From an uncultured Muribaculaceae bacterium (GTDB lineage Bacteria > Bacillota_I > Bacilli_A > RF39 > UBA660): DNA of 64,000 bases. The stretch is taken from positions 3,534 to 67,533 of the forward strand of contig CAZYQE010000002.1 in the NCBI GenBank assembly GCA_964650315.1, read 5' to 3'. Below the pieces are notes generated by a model. That model worked only from the letters and a program-made list of their open reading frames with translations. It made no database searches and was not told the DNA's origin. How positions within the stretch are numbered: position 1 is the first letter of the stretch; the number at the start of each line of letters is the position of its first letter. A program made the position numbers and the translations under genes. Shown here in pieces: positions 1-10,289 of the stretch.

Positions 1-269
1 ACTTTACCAAGTAGTGGTACATCAACCACATTCGCATCTTTTTCAATATATTCATTTGGTACTAATACTTCAATAGTTCTATTTTTACTATTACCTTTCT
101 TTATATATCCTTTTTCCTCAAGTTTTGTTAGATGGAAATGTATAGTTGCAGGTGAATTTAAATTAGCCTCTTTACCAATTTCTCTAACGGTAGGTGGATA
201 ACCATCTCTCGCAATTAATTTCTTAATTATTTGTAATATATCCTTTTGTTTATTAGTGAGTTTATCCAT
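1..269 (-). CDS. lexA: LexA repressor, N-terminal part (gene runs off the left edge)
   Basis: Minus-strand ATG at 269-267 with GGAGGG RBS (plus coordinates 275-280). Translation is MDKLTNKQKDILQIIKKLIARDGYPPTVREIGKEANLNSPATIHFHLTKLEEKGYIKKGNSKNRTIEVL..., the typical LexA winged-helix domain. Absent from the ORF track because it is truncated. Confidence 0.85.
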   Translation of the reverse strand, partial: MDKLTNKQKDILQIIKKLIARDGYPPTVREIGKEANLNSPATIHFHLTKLEEKGYIKKGNSKNRTIEVLVPNEYIEKDANVVDVPLLGK

Positions 270-290
270 GTAATCCCTCCTTATGTAAAC

Positions 291-330
291 AGTTTAACAT
301 ATAAAATGTAAAATGTCAAACAAATGTTTT
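291..330 (-). promoter_or_regulatory. putative lexA promoter with overlapping LexA-box-like site
   Basis: The minus strand reads TTGACA (plus 314-319), a 17-nt spacer, then TAAACT (plus 291-296). AAAC-AAAT-GTTT (318-329) resembles the Firmicute GAAC-N4-GTTC SOS box and overlaps the -35. Confidence 0.45.
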
Positions 331-338
331 AATATCTA

Positions 339-367
339 TTGACACGAACAGATGTATGATATATAAT
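339..367 (+). promoter_or_regulatory. sigma-A promoter with an SOS (Cheo-like) box in the spacer
   Basis: TTGACA at 339-344, 17-nt spacer, TATAAT at 362-367. The spacer is CGAACAGATGTATG (345-358) versus consensus CGAAC-N4-GTTCG: the left half is perfect and the right half is degenerate. Confidence 0.55.
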
Positions 368-395
368 AAAAGCATAAAAGAAAGGAGTGATATAT

Positions 396-566
396 ATGAT
401 GAAAGTTAAAAGAAATATTAAGAAAGGATTTACTGTATTGCTGATATATACACTTATCACAGTTTGTTTGATGATGGCTTCCGCAAGAATTCAAAAATTA
501 GAAAATTCAAACAAAACTGATTTTAGAAATAAAAATAATAGCGTATTAGTCAATTTTAGTAAGTAA
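396..566 (+). CDS. small single-TM protein (56 aa), candidate SOS-induced division inhibitor (YneA/SosA analogue)
   Basis: Hand-translated and below the ORF-track length cutoff. AAAGGAG RBS at 380-386, ATG at 396. Protein is MMKVKRNIKKGFTVLLIYTLITVCLMMASARIQKLENSNKTDFRNKNNSVLVNFSK, stop TAA at 564-566. It is divergent from lexA and sits behind an SOS-box promoter. Confidence 0.5.
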   Translation: MMKVKRNIKKGFTVLLIYTLITVCLMMASARIQKLENSNKTDFRNKNNSVLVNFSK

Positions 567-614
567 AATTAGTTAAATATAGATTGTTATGATATAATTT
601 TACTAGGTGATACT

Positions 615-3203
615 ATGAATAAAATTATTTTAGTAGATGGTAACAATTTATTATTTAGAAGTTATTATGCAACTGCCTATCAAGGCGTAATTATGAAAAA
701 TTCAAAGGGTTTTCCTACTAATGCCTTATATGGATTTATTAATATGATGAATAAGATTATTTCAGAGGAGAACCCTTCTTATATTTTAGTAGCTTTTGAT
801 AAAGGAAAAACTTTTAGACACGACAAATATGAGAGTTATAAAGATGGCCGAAGTGAAACTCCAGATGAATTAAAAATGCAATTTCCTGAAGCAAAAAAAA
901 TATTAAAAGCTATGGGTATTAAAAGTTATGAAATAGATAAATATGAAGCAGATGATATAATTGGTACTTTAAGTAGAATTGTTGATGAAGAAGATAAGTT
1001 TATCGCGACTATTGTAAGTAGTGATAAAGACCTACTTCAATTAATATCAGATGAAGTAACAGTAAAACTATTAAAACAAAAAGGTCATATCATGATGGAT
1101 AAGAAAGAGTTTAAAGATACTTATAAAGTAGATCCAATTAGAATGATAGATTTAAAAGCTTTAATGGGGGATTCTTCTGATAATATACCTGGTGTTAAAG
1201 GTATTGGAGAAAAAACTGCAATTAACCTATTATCTAAATATGATAGTTTGGATAATTTATATAAAAATATAGATAGTGTTACAGGTAAAACTAAAGAAAA
1301 ATTAATTAATGATAAAGATAACGCTTATATGAGTTATGATCTTGCTACTATCTATAAAGAAGTACCAATCGACTTTACATTAGATGATTGTAAGTATAAT
1401 GGAGAGAATAAAGATGAGTATGTTAAATTATTAAAAGAATATGAATTTTTCTCACTACTTAGAAAACTAGATGTAAAAGAAGAAAAGAAGGAAGAAGAAA
1501 AATTAGTTATTAAAGATATAAAAGATTTTAAAGAAAAAGAATTTTCATTTTACTTAGAAACAAGAGGGGAAGTTTATAGTAAAAGTGAAATCCTAGGAAT
1601 AGGTATTTATGACGGTAAAAATGGTTATTTCATTAATAAAGATGAAATAAGTAAATATAAAGATATATTTAATAGTAAAGTAGATAAATATACATATGAC
1701 TATAAAAAGAACTTAGTTGTTTTAAATAATATAGTTAATTTTAATAATGTTTGTTTTGATACAGAGATTGCTACTTACCTACTTGATTATAATATTAAAG
1801 ATGATATTGCATTTGTCGCTAGAGTATTTGATTATGATATAGATTTATATGAAGATATTTATGGTACTTTAAAAAGGCCTAAAGAAGTAAGTCTAGATAA
1901 ACTTAAAGAAGTATGTGTAAAGAAAGCTAAATTTATATATGAAACTAAAGATAGATTAGTAAACGAATTAGAAGATAATAATGAAACTAAATTATTTACT
2001 GATATAGAAATGCCATTAACTGAAGTACTTGCTGATATGGAGTTAACTGGTATTAAAGTAGATAGAGAGTATTTAGAAAAATTAGAAAAAGATTTAAAGA
2101 AACAAATGGAAGTATTAGAAAAAGAAATTCATGAACTTGCAGGAGAAGATTTTAATATTATGTCCCCTGCACAACTTTCTAAAATTTTATTTGAGAAATT
2201 AGAAATACCATATCCAAAAAGAGTTAAGAATGGTAAATATTCTACATCTAAAGATATATTAGATAAAATTAAATTTGTAAATCCAATAGTAGATAAAGTA
2301 TTAGAATATAGAACACTTTCTAAACTATATACTAATTATGCAGTAGGTTTAATAAATGAAATAAGAGAAGATGGAAGAATTCATACTATCTTTACACAAA
2401 CTCTAACTCGTACAGGAAGATTATCTAGTATAAGTCCTAATCTACAAAATATTCCTGCTAGAAGTGATTATTCAGCGTTAATTAGAAAAGCCTTTATACC
2501 AGATGATAATTCTAAGTTACTATCAAGTGATTATTCACAAGTAGAATTGAGAATTTTTGCTTCTCTATCAAATGAAGAAAACTTAATACAAGCATTTAAA
2601 GATGGAAAAGATATACATGCTAAGACTGCTTCTGATATATACAATATAGATATAAAAGATGTAAAAAAAGATCAAAGAAGAACTGCTAAAGCAGTTAACT
2701 TTGGAATACTTTATGGAATAAGTAGTTTTGGTCTATCTGAAGATTTAGGTATAGATATGAAAACTGCTAAAGAATTTATTGATAAGTATTTAGAAACATT
2801 CCCAGGAATAAAAAAATATATGGATAATTTAATATCTGATGCATATAAGAATGGATATGTTACTACTTTAATGAATAGAAAAAGAATATTAGATGAATTA
2901 AAGAGTAAAAACTATATGGTTAGAAGTAGTGGAGAAAGAATGGCTTTAAATACACCTATTCAAGGAACTGCTGCTGATATATTGAAAAAAGCTATGGTAG
3001 AAATATATAGAGAATTTAGAGTAAGAAATTTAAAGAGTAAAATGTTAATTCAAGTACATGATGAATTAGTATTTAATGTTATAGAAGATGAATTAGAAGA
3101 AGTTAAGGAAATAGTTAAATATATAATGGAAAATACATATAAATTACAAGTACCATTAAAAGTAGATATAGAAATAGGAAGTAATTGGTACGAAGCTAAA
3201 TAG
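615..3203 (+). CDS. polA: DNA polymerase I
   Basis: 862 aa. It has a 5'-3' exonuclease N-terminus (ILVDGNNLLFRSYYA), a polymerase motif A region (SSDYSQVELRIFA), RRTAKAVNFGILYG and QVHDELVF. An extended -10 TGATATAAT lies at 590-598. Confidence 0.97.
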   Translation: MNKIILVDGNNLLFRSYYATAYQGVIMKNSKGFPTNALYGFINMMNKIISEENPSYILVAFDKGKTFRHDKYESYKDGRSETPDELKMQFPEAKKILKAMGIKSYEIDKYEADDIIGTLSRIVDEEDKFIATIVSSDKDLLQLISDEVTVKLLKQKGHIMMDKKEFKDTYKVDPIRMIDLKALMGDSSDNIPGVKGIGEKTAINLLSKYDSLDNLYKNIDSVTGKTKEKLINDKDNAYMSYDLATIYKEVPIDFTLDDCKYNGENKDEYVKLLKEYEFFSLLRKLDVKEEKKEEEKLVIKDIKDFKEKEFSFYLETRGEVYSKSEILGIGIYDGKNGYFINKDEISKYKDIFNSKVDKYTYDYKKNLVVLNNIVNFNNVCFDTEIATYLLDYNIKDDIAFVARVFDYDIDLYEDIYGTLKRPKEVSLDKLKEVCVKKAKFIYETKDRLVNELEDNNETKLFTDIEMPLTEVLADMELTGIKVDREYLEKLEKDLKKQMEVLEKEIHELAGEDFNIMSPAQLSKILFEKLEIPYPKRVKNGKYSTSKDILDKIKFVNPIVDKVLEYRTLSKLYTNYAVGLINEIREDGRIHTIFTQTLTRTGRLSSISPNLQNIPARSDYSALIRKAFIPDDNSKLLSSDYSQVELRIFASLSNEENLIQAFKDGKDIHAKTASDIYNIDIKDVKKDQRRTAKAVNFGILYGISSFGLSEDLGIDMKTAKEFIDKYLETFPGIKKYMDNLISDAYKNGYVTTLMNRKRILDELKSKNYMVRSSGERMALNTPIQGTAADILKKAMVEIYREFRVRNLKSKMLIQVHDELVFNVIEDELEEVKEIVKYIMENTYKLQVPLKVDIEIGSNWYEAK

Positions 3204-3212
3204 GAGGTTATT

Positions 3213-4037
3213 ATGCCTGAAAAACCAGAAGTATTAACAGTAGTTAAAAACTTAAAGAAAAAAATTATTGGTAAAACTATTACTGATTGTAATATATATT
3301 GGGATAATATAATAGCAAGTCCCTCTCCTAAAGAATTTAAAAAAGAAATAATAAATCAAAAAATAAATTCTATAACTACTAGAGGTAAATGGATAGTTAT
3401 AAAATTAGATAAATATAATTTATTAATTCATTTAAGAATGGAAGGTAAATTCTTTTTTAGAAAAAAAGATGATCCTAAAGAAAAACATGAACATGTAGAA
3501 TTTATTCTAGATAATAATATATCTTTTAGATTTCACGATGTTAGAAAGTTTGGAAAGATGTATTTAATAGAAAATTCTAAAGTAAATAGTGTTAAACCAC
3601 TATCTGATATTGGATTAGAATTTAATGATAAAAAACTTACTAATGATTATTTATATAATCATATCCATAAGAAAAGATTACCTATTAAAACAGTATTATT
3701 AGATCAAAGTATAATTGCAGGTATTGGAAATATTTATGATGATGAAATATTATTTATGAGTAGAATAAATCCTAATAGGAAATGTAGTAATATTAGTATT
3801 AATGATTGTTCTAATATAATTAAAAATACTAATATAGTTATGAAAAAAGCTATTAAATTAGGTGGTACTACTATTAAGAGTTTTACGAGTTCAGAAGGAG
3901 TTCATGGACTATTTCAAAATGAATTATTAGTACATGGAAAAGCAGGGGAAAAGTGTCCAGTATGTAAAACTATTATAGAAAAAACTAAAATAGGTGGAAG
4001 AGGAACACATTATTGTCCTAAATGCCAAAAAAAATAG
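3213..4037 (+). CDS. mutM: formamidopyrimidine-DNA glycosylase
   Basis: N-terminal MPEKPEV (catalytic Pro2/Glu3), an H2TH region, and a C-terminal zinc finger CPVC...CPKC. Sits immediately downstream of polA, as in Bacillus. Confidence 0.93.
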   Translation: MPEKPEVLTVVKNLKKKIIGKTITDCNIYWDNIIASPSPKEFKKEIINQKINSITTRGKWIVIKLDKYNLLIHLRMEGKFFFRKKDDPKEKHEHVEFILDNNISFRFHDVRKFGKMYLIENSKVNSVKPLSDIGLEFNDKKLTNDYLYNHIHKKRLPIKTVLLDQSIIAGIGNIYDDEILFMSRINPNRKCSNISINDCSNIIKNTNIVMKKAIKLGGTTIKSFTSSEGVHGLFQNELLVHGKAGEKCPVCKTIIEKTKIGGRGTHYCPKCQKK

Positions 4038-4059
4038 AGAAGTTATACTTCTCTTTTTT
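4036..4059. terminator. bidirectional intrinsic terminator between mutM and gmk
   Basis: Hairpin AGAGAAGT-TAT-ACTTCTCT followed by TTTTT. It lies between convergent genes. Confidence 0.7.
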
Positions 4060-4741
4060 AATCTATTTTTTCAGATATTCCCTCATTTATAAATTCTTCA
4101 TCCATTAATAACTCATGTATTTCTTCTTCTTTAGTATCTAGGTAAACTTCTTCAATACGATCAACTCTACATTTTTCTGATGTAATAATAGACTCTACTT
4201 TATTAACAGCATCTTCTAACTTATCATTAACAACTACATAGTTATATTTAGTCACTTCATTTATTTCATTATATGCAGTATGGAATCTTTTAATTATTTT
4301 ATCATTAGAATCAGTTCCACGTTTCTTTAATCTCTTAACTAACGTTTTTAAAGAAGGTGGCATTATAAATATTAATAATGCTTCAGGTATTTGTTTTTTA
4401 ACTAAACTAGCTCCTTGTATTTCAATAATTAATATAACATCTATTCCCTTATCTAAATTCTTCTTAATATATTCTTTAGGAGTACCATAATAGTTACCTG
4501 CATATTCTGCATATTCTAAAAAATAATCTTCTTTAATCTTTTCTTCAAATTCTTCTTTTGATAAGAAATAATAATCTACTCCATCTTTTTCTCCTTTACG
4601 AGGTTCTCTAGAAGTAGCAGATACTGATACCCATCTATTAGTATCATCTTTTTTCATTAATTCTCTAACAACAGTATCTTTACCTGCACCAGAAGGTGCC
4701 GAAACAATAATTAATTGACCAGTTTTTTTACTCTTAATCAT
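4058..4741 (-). CDS. gmk: guanylate kinase
   Basis: P-loop VSAPSGAGKDT, plus TTR-like SATSREPRKGEKDGVDYYF. 227 aa with a short acidic C-terminal extension. Confidence 0.9.
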   Translation of the reverse strand: MIKSKKTGQLIIVSAPSGAGKDTVVRELMKKDDTNRWVSVSATSREPRKGEKDGVDYYFLSKEEFEEKIKEDYFLEYAEYAGNYYGTPKEYIKKNLDKGIDVILIIEIQGASLVKKQIPEALLIFIMPPSLKTLVKRLKKRGTDSNDKIIKRFHTAYNEINEVTKYNYVVVNDKLEDAVNKVESIITSEKCRVDRIEEVYLDTKEEEIHELLMDEEFINEGISEKID

Positions 4742-4742
4742 C

Positions 4743-5882
4743 TTATTTCTCCTTAACTATTTTTTTATATTCTTTTTCTACTAAAGAAAAATCATCATTA
4801 CCTAAAGCATATACTTTAGTAGTTTCTAATTCATATTCCAACATATCAGGTTTATCTCTATTTATTTTACTAATAAGTTCTACATCTAAATCTTTCTTTA
4901 CACTATTTAAATATTTTCTTCCCTTATCATTAAAACCTAATATTCTAATATAATCTATATTTCTAAAACTTTTAGCTTTCTCTTTTGTAAAATTACATAA
5001 AATATGTAGTATTGTTCTAGTTAATTTATTATAAGTATATCTTTTAGTCTTAACATTATTTAAAAACTCATCATAACTATTAGAATTAATTATTTCTTTT
5101 TTTAATAATTTATCTAATCCTTCATCTACACCATGGTATATTGATAAATCATCTTCTGTAATTATTTTATATTTAATATATTTAAAATAATTATCTATAA
5201 AGTGTAAATCTTTTAAATATGGTATTACAAAACTTGGTACTGTTTTTTTAACATCTTTTTTATTCTTTAAAGCATCTCTAATAGCAGTAGCACTAGATAT
5301 TTTATTATCTATACTTTTATCATGATAACTATTAGTTCTTTTTATAGATATTGGTTCAATATTATAATTATTCTCTATTATAGTTTTTATATAACTAATA
5401 GCAAGTAAATCATTAGGATCTTTAATACTTTTATTAGTTAAGTCTTTTAATGCTTTAGAAAGTGCAGTAGGATAGTTTTCTCCTAACTTAGAATATACTT
5501 TTACTAATTTTTCAAATTCTGGATTATTTATTTGTTCTTTAGCAATTAATTTAATATCTTCTAAGTTATCACTTTCACTTCCGAAGACTAATCTTTCTAC
5601 TTTCAATTTTTCTAGTATAGTGATTGCGCCATAACTAAAATAATCAGCACTTTGAGTAGCAAATGGAAAAGGTAGTTCAATAACTAAATCTATTCCAGCT
5701 TTAAGTGCTATTTCAGTTTTTTTCCATTTATCTATAATTGACACATCACCACGTTCTGTAAAGTTACCACTAAGTACTAATATAACAGTATCATCTTTAT
5801 ACATTTCTTTAATCTTTTTTAAGTGATATAAATGTCCATTATGAAATGGATTATATTCAGCAATTATTCCGACACTTGCCAT
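4743..5882 (-). CDS. tmcAL: tRNA(Met) cytidine acetate ligase (YlbM/UPF0348 nucleotidyltransferase)
   Basis: The N-terminus GIIAEYNPFHNGHLYHLKK is the hallmark HxGH-type motif of the YlbM/TmcAL family. 379 aa. Confidence 0.8.
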   Translation of the reverse strand: MASVGIIAEYNPFHNGHLYHLKKIKEMYKDDTVILVLSGNFTERGDVSIIDKWKKTEIALKAGIDLVIELPFPFATQSADYFSYGAITILEKLKVERLVFGSESDNLEDIKLIAKEQINNPEFEKLVKVYSKLGENYPTALSKALKDLTNKSIKDPNDLLAISYIKTIIENNYNIEPISIKRTNSYHDKSIDNKISSATAIRDALKNKKDVKKTVPSFVIPYLKDLHFIDNYFKYIKYKIITEDDLSIYHGVDEGLDKLLKKEIINSNSYDEFLNNVKTKRYTYNKLTRTILHILCNFTKEKAKSFRNIDYIRILGFNDKGRKYLNSVKKDLDVELISKINRDKPDMLEYELETTKVYALGNDDFSLVEKEYKKIVKEK

Positions 5883-6061
5883 AGTATCCCTCTTTCTTGT
5901 TAAAATATTTTATCATATTAATATTTTTTTTTCAATTTAACAACTTTTATTTATTTATTGTTATCTTTATGATATAATTTGTATATAGATTATAGAAATA
6001 ATAATAGTATTATAATCTCTATGTTTTCATAAAATATAGAGATATATAAGGGGATGTTTAC

Positions 6062-7150
6062 ATGAGAGCTATTGTAGTAGCTGGAGGAACAGGTGGTCAT
6101 ATATATCCAGCTTTAGCGATTATAGATAAGATATATGAAAAAGAACCTGATAGTGAAATTCTATATATTGGAACAAGTGATAGAATGGAAAAAGATATTG
6201 TTCCACAAAGAGGTATAGATTTTGTTGGTTTAGAGATGAAAGGTTTTGATAGAAAAAATCCTTTTAAAAATATATCTGTAATAATTAAGACTATGAAAGC
6301 TTATAGAAAAGCTAAAAAGATAATAAAGAAATTTAATCCTGATATAGTTATAGGAGCAGGAGGTTATATAACTGCACCTGTTTTATATGCGGCTCATAGA
6401 TTAGGCTATAAAACTTTAGTACATGAACAAAATTCAATACCAGGAATGTCTAATAAGTTCTTAGGTAATTTTGCAAATACTTTATGCTTATCATTTGAAG
6501 AAAGTAAGAAATATTTTAAAGATGCACATTGTGTATATACAGGAAATCCTCGTAGTGAAGAAATTACTAAAGTAAAAAAAGTTAGTAAAACTAAGTTTGG
6601 TTTTTCTAAAAATAAAAAATTAATAGTTATAGTTATGGGATCTTTAGGATCTACTACTATTACTAATAAATTAAAAGAAATGATACCTAATTTTAAAGAT
6701 AAAGAATATCAAGTATTAATAGTTACAGGTAACTCATATTATAATAGTTATAATAATGTAGATGTATCTGATAACGTTAAATTAGTACCATTTTTAGATG
6801 ATTTAATTAACTTAATGAAAGATACTGACTTATTAGTATCACGTGCAGGAGCTTCTACTATTGCAGAAATCACATCTATTGGTATACCATCCATTTTAGT
6901 ACCATCTCCATATGTTACACATAATCATCAATATTTAAATGCCAAAGAATTAGAAAATAAAAAAGCATGTTTAATATTAGAAGAAGATAATTTTAATACA
7001 GATAATTTAATTCCAATGATAGATAAAGTTATTAAAGATAAAAAATTATATAAAGAATTAAGTGATAATTCATATAAATTTGGAGTTAGGGATTCTTCTT
7101 TAAGAATATATAAAGAAATTAGAAAGTTACTGGGTGAAGAAGATGGATGA
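6062..7150 (+). CDS. murG: UDP-GlcNAc:lipid I N-acetylglucosaminyltransferase
   Basis: N-terminus VVAGGTGGHIYPALA and C-terminus SRAGASTIAEITSIGIPSILVPSP...HQ..NA. An extended -10 TGATATAAT lies at 5970-5978. Confidence 0.93.
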   Translation: MRAIVVAGGTGGHIYPALAIIDKIYEKEPDSEILYIGTSDRMEKDIVPQRGIDFVGLEMKGFDRKNPFKNISVIIKTMKAYRKAKKIIKKFNPDIVIGAGGYITAPVLYAAHRLGYKTLVHEQNSIPGMSNKFLGNFANTLCLSFEESKKYFKDAHCVYTGNPRSEEITKVKKVSKTKFGFSKNKKLIVIVMGSLGSTTITNKLKEMIPNFKDKEYQVLIVTGNSYYNSYNNVDVSDNVKLVPFLDDLINLMKDTDLLVSRAGASTIAEITSIGIPSILVPSPYVTHNHQYLNAKELENKKACLILEEDNFNTDNLIPMIDKVIKDKKLYKELSDNSYKFGVRDSSLRIYKEIRKLLGEEDG

Positions 7151-8048
7151 AGTAATTAAAGAATTAGTAAAAGCAAATATTGGAAAAGTTGAAAAAGATG
7201 TATTCTTAAGTAGGTATACTACTTATAAAACAGGTGGACTTGCAAAATGTATAGTATATCCAAAAGAAGTAGAATCTTTAATTAAGACTATTAAAATATT
7301 AAATAATAATAATGTTAAATATAAGTTATTAGGTAATGGATCTAATCTATTATTTAGTGATAAAGTATATAACGGTGTTTTAATTAAATTAAATGAATTA
7401 GATAAAGTAGAATTCTTTGAAAACAAAATACATGTAGAAGCAGGTTTTCCATTAATGAAATTGTCTCATCTAGCAGCTAAACGTGCTTTAACTGGATTAG
7501 AATTTGCAGCTGGTATTCCTGGTACTGTTGGAGGAGCTGTATTTATGAATGCAGGTGCTTATAAGAGTGATATGGGATATATTACACAAGAAGTAACTGT
7601 ATTAACTCCAGATTTAAAAATAATTACATTAGAAAATAAAGAAATGAATTTTCATTATAGAACATCATTTTTGAAAACACATCCAAAATATATTTGTTTA
7701 TCTGCAGTTATTAGACTAGAACATGGTAATAAAAGCGCTATTGAAAAAGTAATTAAAGATAGAAGAAAAAGAAGACAAGCTTCTCAGCCTTTAGAATATC
7801 CTAGTGCTGGATCAGTATTTAGAAATCCTAAAGATAAATTTGCTGGACAATTAATAGAAGAATTAGGTCTAAAAGGTATGAAAAAAGGTGGCGCAATGGT
7901 TAGTGATAAACATGCTAACTTTATAATTAATAGAGATAATGCATCTAGTAAAGATATTAAAGAATTAATTGAATATGTACAAGAAAAAGTATATAAAAAA
8001 TATAAAGTCGAATTAAAAATAGAACAAGAATTTGTAAATTGGGAGTAA
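7134..8048 (+). CDS. murB: UDP-N-acetylenolpyruvoylglucosamine reductase
   Basis: FAD-binding region LGNGSNLLF, then GAGVPGTVGGAVFMNAGAY-like AAGIPGTVGGAVFMNAGAY, and C-terminal PSAGSVFRNP. The start is either GTG 7134 or ATG 7143, overlapping the murG stop. Confidence 0.93.
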   Translation: MKKMDEVIKELVKANIGKVEKDVFLSRYTTYKTGGLAKCIVYPKEVESLIKTIKILNNNNVKYKLLGNGSNLLFSDKVYNGVLIKLNELDKVEFFENKIHVEAGFPLMKLSHLAAKRALTGLEFAAGIPGTVGGAVFMNAGAYKSDMGYITQEVTVLTPDLKIITLENKEMNFHYRTSFLKTHPKYICLSAVIRLEHGNKSAIEKVIKDRRKRRQASQPLEYPSAGSVFRNPKDKFAGQLIEELGLKGMKKGGAMVSDKHANFIINRDNASSKDIKELIEYVQEKVYKKYKVELKIEQEFVNWE

Positions 8049-8050
8049 TT

Positions 8051-8740
8051 ATGGCCAAAAAATTAGTCAAAAAAAGAAAAATAAAACTATTTAGTTTATT
8101 TATAGTTCTTTTAATCTTTGGAGGACTAATTTTTATAGTGTATAGATATTTAGATACTAGTATTAAAAACATCATAATAACAGGAAATAAAAGATTAAAT
8201 GATGATTATATTATAGAACTTGCAGGTATTAAAAATTATCCTAGTTATTATTTTACTTCTACTATAAAAACAAAAGATAAATTAAAAAAATCTAAATATA
8301 TAGAAGATGTAGAAGTACATAGAAAGTTCTATCATACTTTTGAAATAGATATTAAAGAAAATAGAGCTTTATTTATAAATAATAATAAGAATGTAATAGT
8401 ATTTGAAGATGGTACAAAAGAATCTATAAATAATAGTTTTGAAACTTATAATATTCCTAGAGTAATAAATTATATACCAGATGATAAATATAAAAAATTT
8501 ATAAAGAAAATGTCTAAAATAAATGAAGATACACTATGTAAAATATCTGATATTGAATATAAACCAAATGAATTAGATAAAGGTAGATTTTTATTATATA
8601 TGGATGATGGTAACATGGTATACATAACTTTAACTAAGTTTAAAACTATTAATTACTATAATAAAGTTTTATCTCAATTAGAAAATAAAAAAGGAATTTT
8701 ATATTTGGATAATGGTAATCATTTCCAAATAAAGGGGTAA
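8051..8740 (+). CDS. divIB: cell division protein DivIB/FtsQ
   Basis: Basic N-terminus, a single TM helix, then a POTRA-like region ([17 protein letters not shown]). It occupies the murB-ftsA position. The ATG at 8051 after GGGAG is preferred over the track start at 8039. Confidence 0.75.
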   Translation: MAKKLVKKRKIKLFSLFIVLLIFGGLIFIVYRYLDTSIKNIIITGNKRLNDDYIIELAGIKNYPSYYFTSTIKTKDKLKKSKYIEDVEVHRKFYHTFEIDIKENRALFINNNKNVIVFEDGTKESINNSFETYNIPRVINYIPDDKYKKFIKKMSKINEDTLCKISDIEYKPNELDKGRFLLYMDDGNMVYITLTKFKTINYYNKVLSQLENKKGILYLDNGNHFQIKG

Positions 8741-8744
8741 TGCT

Positions 8745-10289
8745 ATGAAGAAAGTAGTAATTATAGGAGCAGGACCTGCAGGTTTAGCCGCAGCATACAA
8801 ACTGTTAACAGAATCAAAAGAATATAAAGTAATTATATTAGAAGAAGAGAATAAAATTGGTGGAATATCTAAAACTATTAATTATCATGGTAATAGAATT
8901 GATATTGGAGGACACCGATTTTTTACTAAAAGTAAAGAAGTATTGAATTTTTGGAAAGAGATATTACCAGTACAAGGAAAAGATTCCTTTGATGATAAAA
9001 AATTAAATAGAAAAAAAGAACTACCTAAAACAAAAATAAATCCAGATAAAGAAGATAAAGTATTTTTAATAAGAAATAGAATATCAAGAATATTTTATGA
9101 GAATAAATTATTCAATTATCCAGTTTCTCTAAACTTAAAAACTATAAAGAATTTAGGTGTTTTTAGAACTATAATATGTGGTTTTAGTTATATAAAAACT
9201 AAAATTATAAAGAAAAAAGAAAATAGTTTAGAAGATTTCTATATAAATAGATTTGGTAAAAAACTATATTCTATATTTTTTAAAGATTACACTAAAAAAG
9301 TATGGGGAAGAAGTCCTAAAAGTATATCTAAAGAATGGGGATATCAAAGAGTAAAAGGAATTTCTTTATTTGAAGTAATCAGAGATTATTTTAATAGATT
9401 ATTTAAAATAAAAAATAATAAAAAAGAAACATCATTAATAGAAGAATATTTATATCCTAAATACGGACCAGGTCAATTATATGAAGAAATAGCTAAAAAA
9501 GTTAAAAAACTTGGAGGTAAAATTTTAACTAATTCTAAAGTTATAAAAATAAAGAAAAAAAATAATAAAATTACTAAAGTAGTTTATATAAATAATAATA
9601 AAGAAATAGTTGAGTCTGCTGATTATGTAATATCATCTATGCCATTAAAAGACTTATGTAATTCATTAAATAATGTTCCTAAAAATATATTAACTATTTC
9701 TAATAATTTACCATATAGAGATTTTATAACAGTGGGTGTATTAACAGATAAATTATTATTGAAAAATAAAACTAAAATAAAAACATTTAATGATAATATT
9801 CCTGATTGTTGGTTATATGTACAAGATACTAATGTTAATTTAGGTAGAATACAAATATTTAATAATTGGTCTCCTTATATGGTAAAAGATATATATAAAA
9901 CAACTTGGATAGGATTAGAATACTTTTGTAATGAAAATGATAGCTTTTGGAATTTAAGTGATGCTAAAATAAAACAATTAGCGATAAAAGAATTACAAAA
10001 ATTAAAAGTTATAAATGACAATATATTAGATAGTTGTGTTATTAGAATAAAAAAAGCATATCCAGCTTATTTTGATAGTTATAAAGATATAGATAAATTA
10101 AAAAAATATCTAAATAAAATAGATAATTTATACTGTATAGGGCGAAATGGTCAACATAGATATAATAATATGGATCATTCTATTATGACTGCCTTTAAAG
10201 CAGTTAATAATATAATTAATAATATTAAATCTAAAGATGAAATATGGAATGTTAATATAGAAAAGAAATATCATGAGGAGGAAAAATAA
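8745..10289 (+). CDS. NAD(P)/FAD-dependent oxidoreductase (amine-oxidase/UDP-galactopyranose-mutase-like fold)
   Basis: N-terminal Rossmann dinucleotide motif [16 protein letters not shown], then GG...T......DIGGHRFF. 514 aa. Confidence 0.7.
   Translation: MKKVVIIGAGPAGLAAAYKLLTESKEYKVIILEEENKIGGISKTINYHGNRIDIGGHRFFTKSKEVLNFWKEILPVQGKDSFDDKKLNRKKELPKTKINPDKEDKVFLIRNRISRIFYENKLFNYPVSLNLKTIKNLGVFRTIICGFSYIKTKIIKKKENSLEDFYINRFGKKLYSIFFKDYTKKVWGRSPKSISKEWGYQRVKGISLFEVIRDYFNRLFKIKNNKKETSLIEEYLYPKYGPGQLYEEIAKKVKKLGGKILTNSKVIKIKKKNNKITKVVYINNNKEIVESADYVISSMPLKDLCNSLNNVPKNILTISNNLPYRDFITVGVLTDKLLLKNKTKIKTFNDNIPDCWLYVQDTNVNLGRIQIFNNWSPYMVKDIYKTTWIGLEYFCNENDSFWNLSDAKIKQLAIKELQKLKVINDNILDSCVIRIKKAYPAYFDSYKDIDKLKKYLNKIDNLYCIGRNGQHRYNNMDHSIMTAFKAVNNIINNIKSKDEIWNVNIEKKYHEEEK

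Noticed and set aside
396-440. The SOS-linked small ORF as a true prepilin, because of KKGFTVLL.
   Set aside because: It lacks Glu+5 and is only 56 aa with a polar tail. The resemblance is probably coincidental, so it is mentioned only as a note in the corresponding finding.
7223-7426. Minus-strand ORF inside murB. The same situation applies to 7957-8175, 10128-10364, 13090-13368, 13645-14025, 15151-15333, 16712-17014 and 17075-17506.
   Set aside because: Each lies antisense within a well-supported conserved gene (murB, divIB, the oxidoreductase, ftsZ, murE, the flippase). They lack RBSs and translate to low-complexity Ser/Leu/Ile/Phe-rich strings typical of shadow frames in AT-rich DNA.
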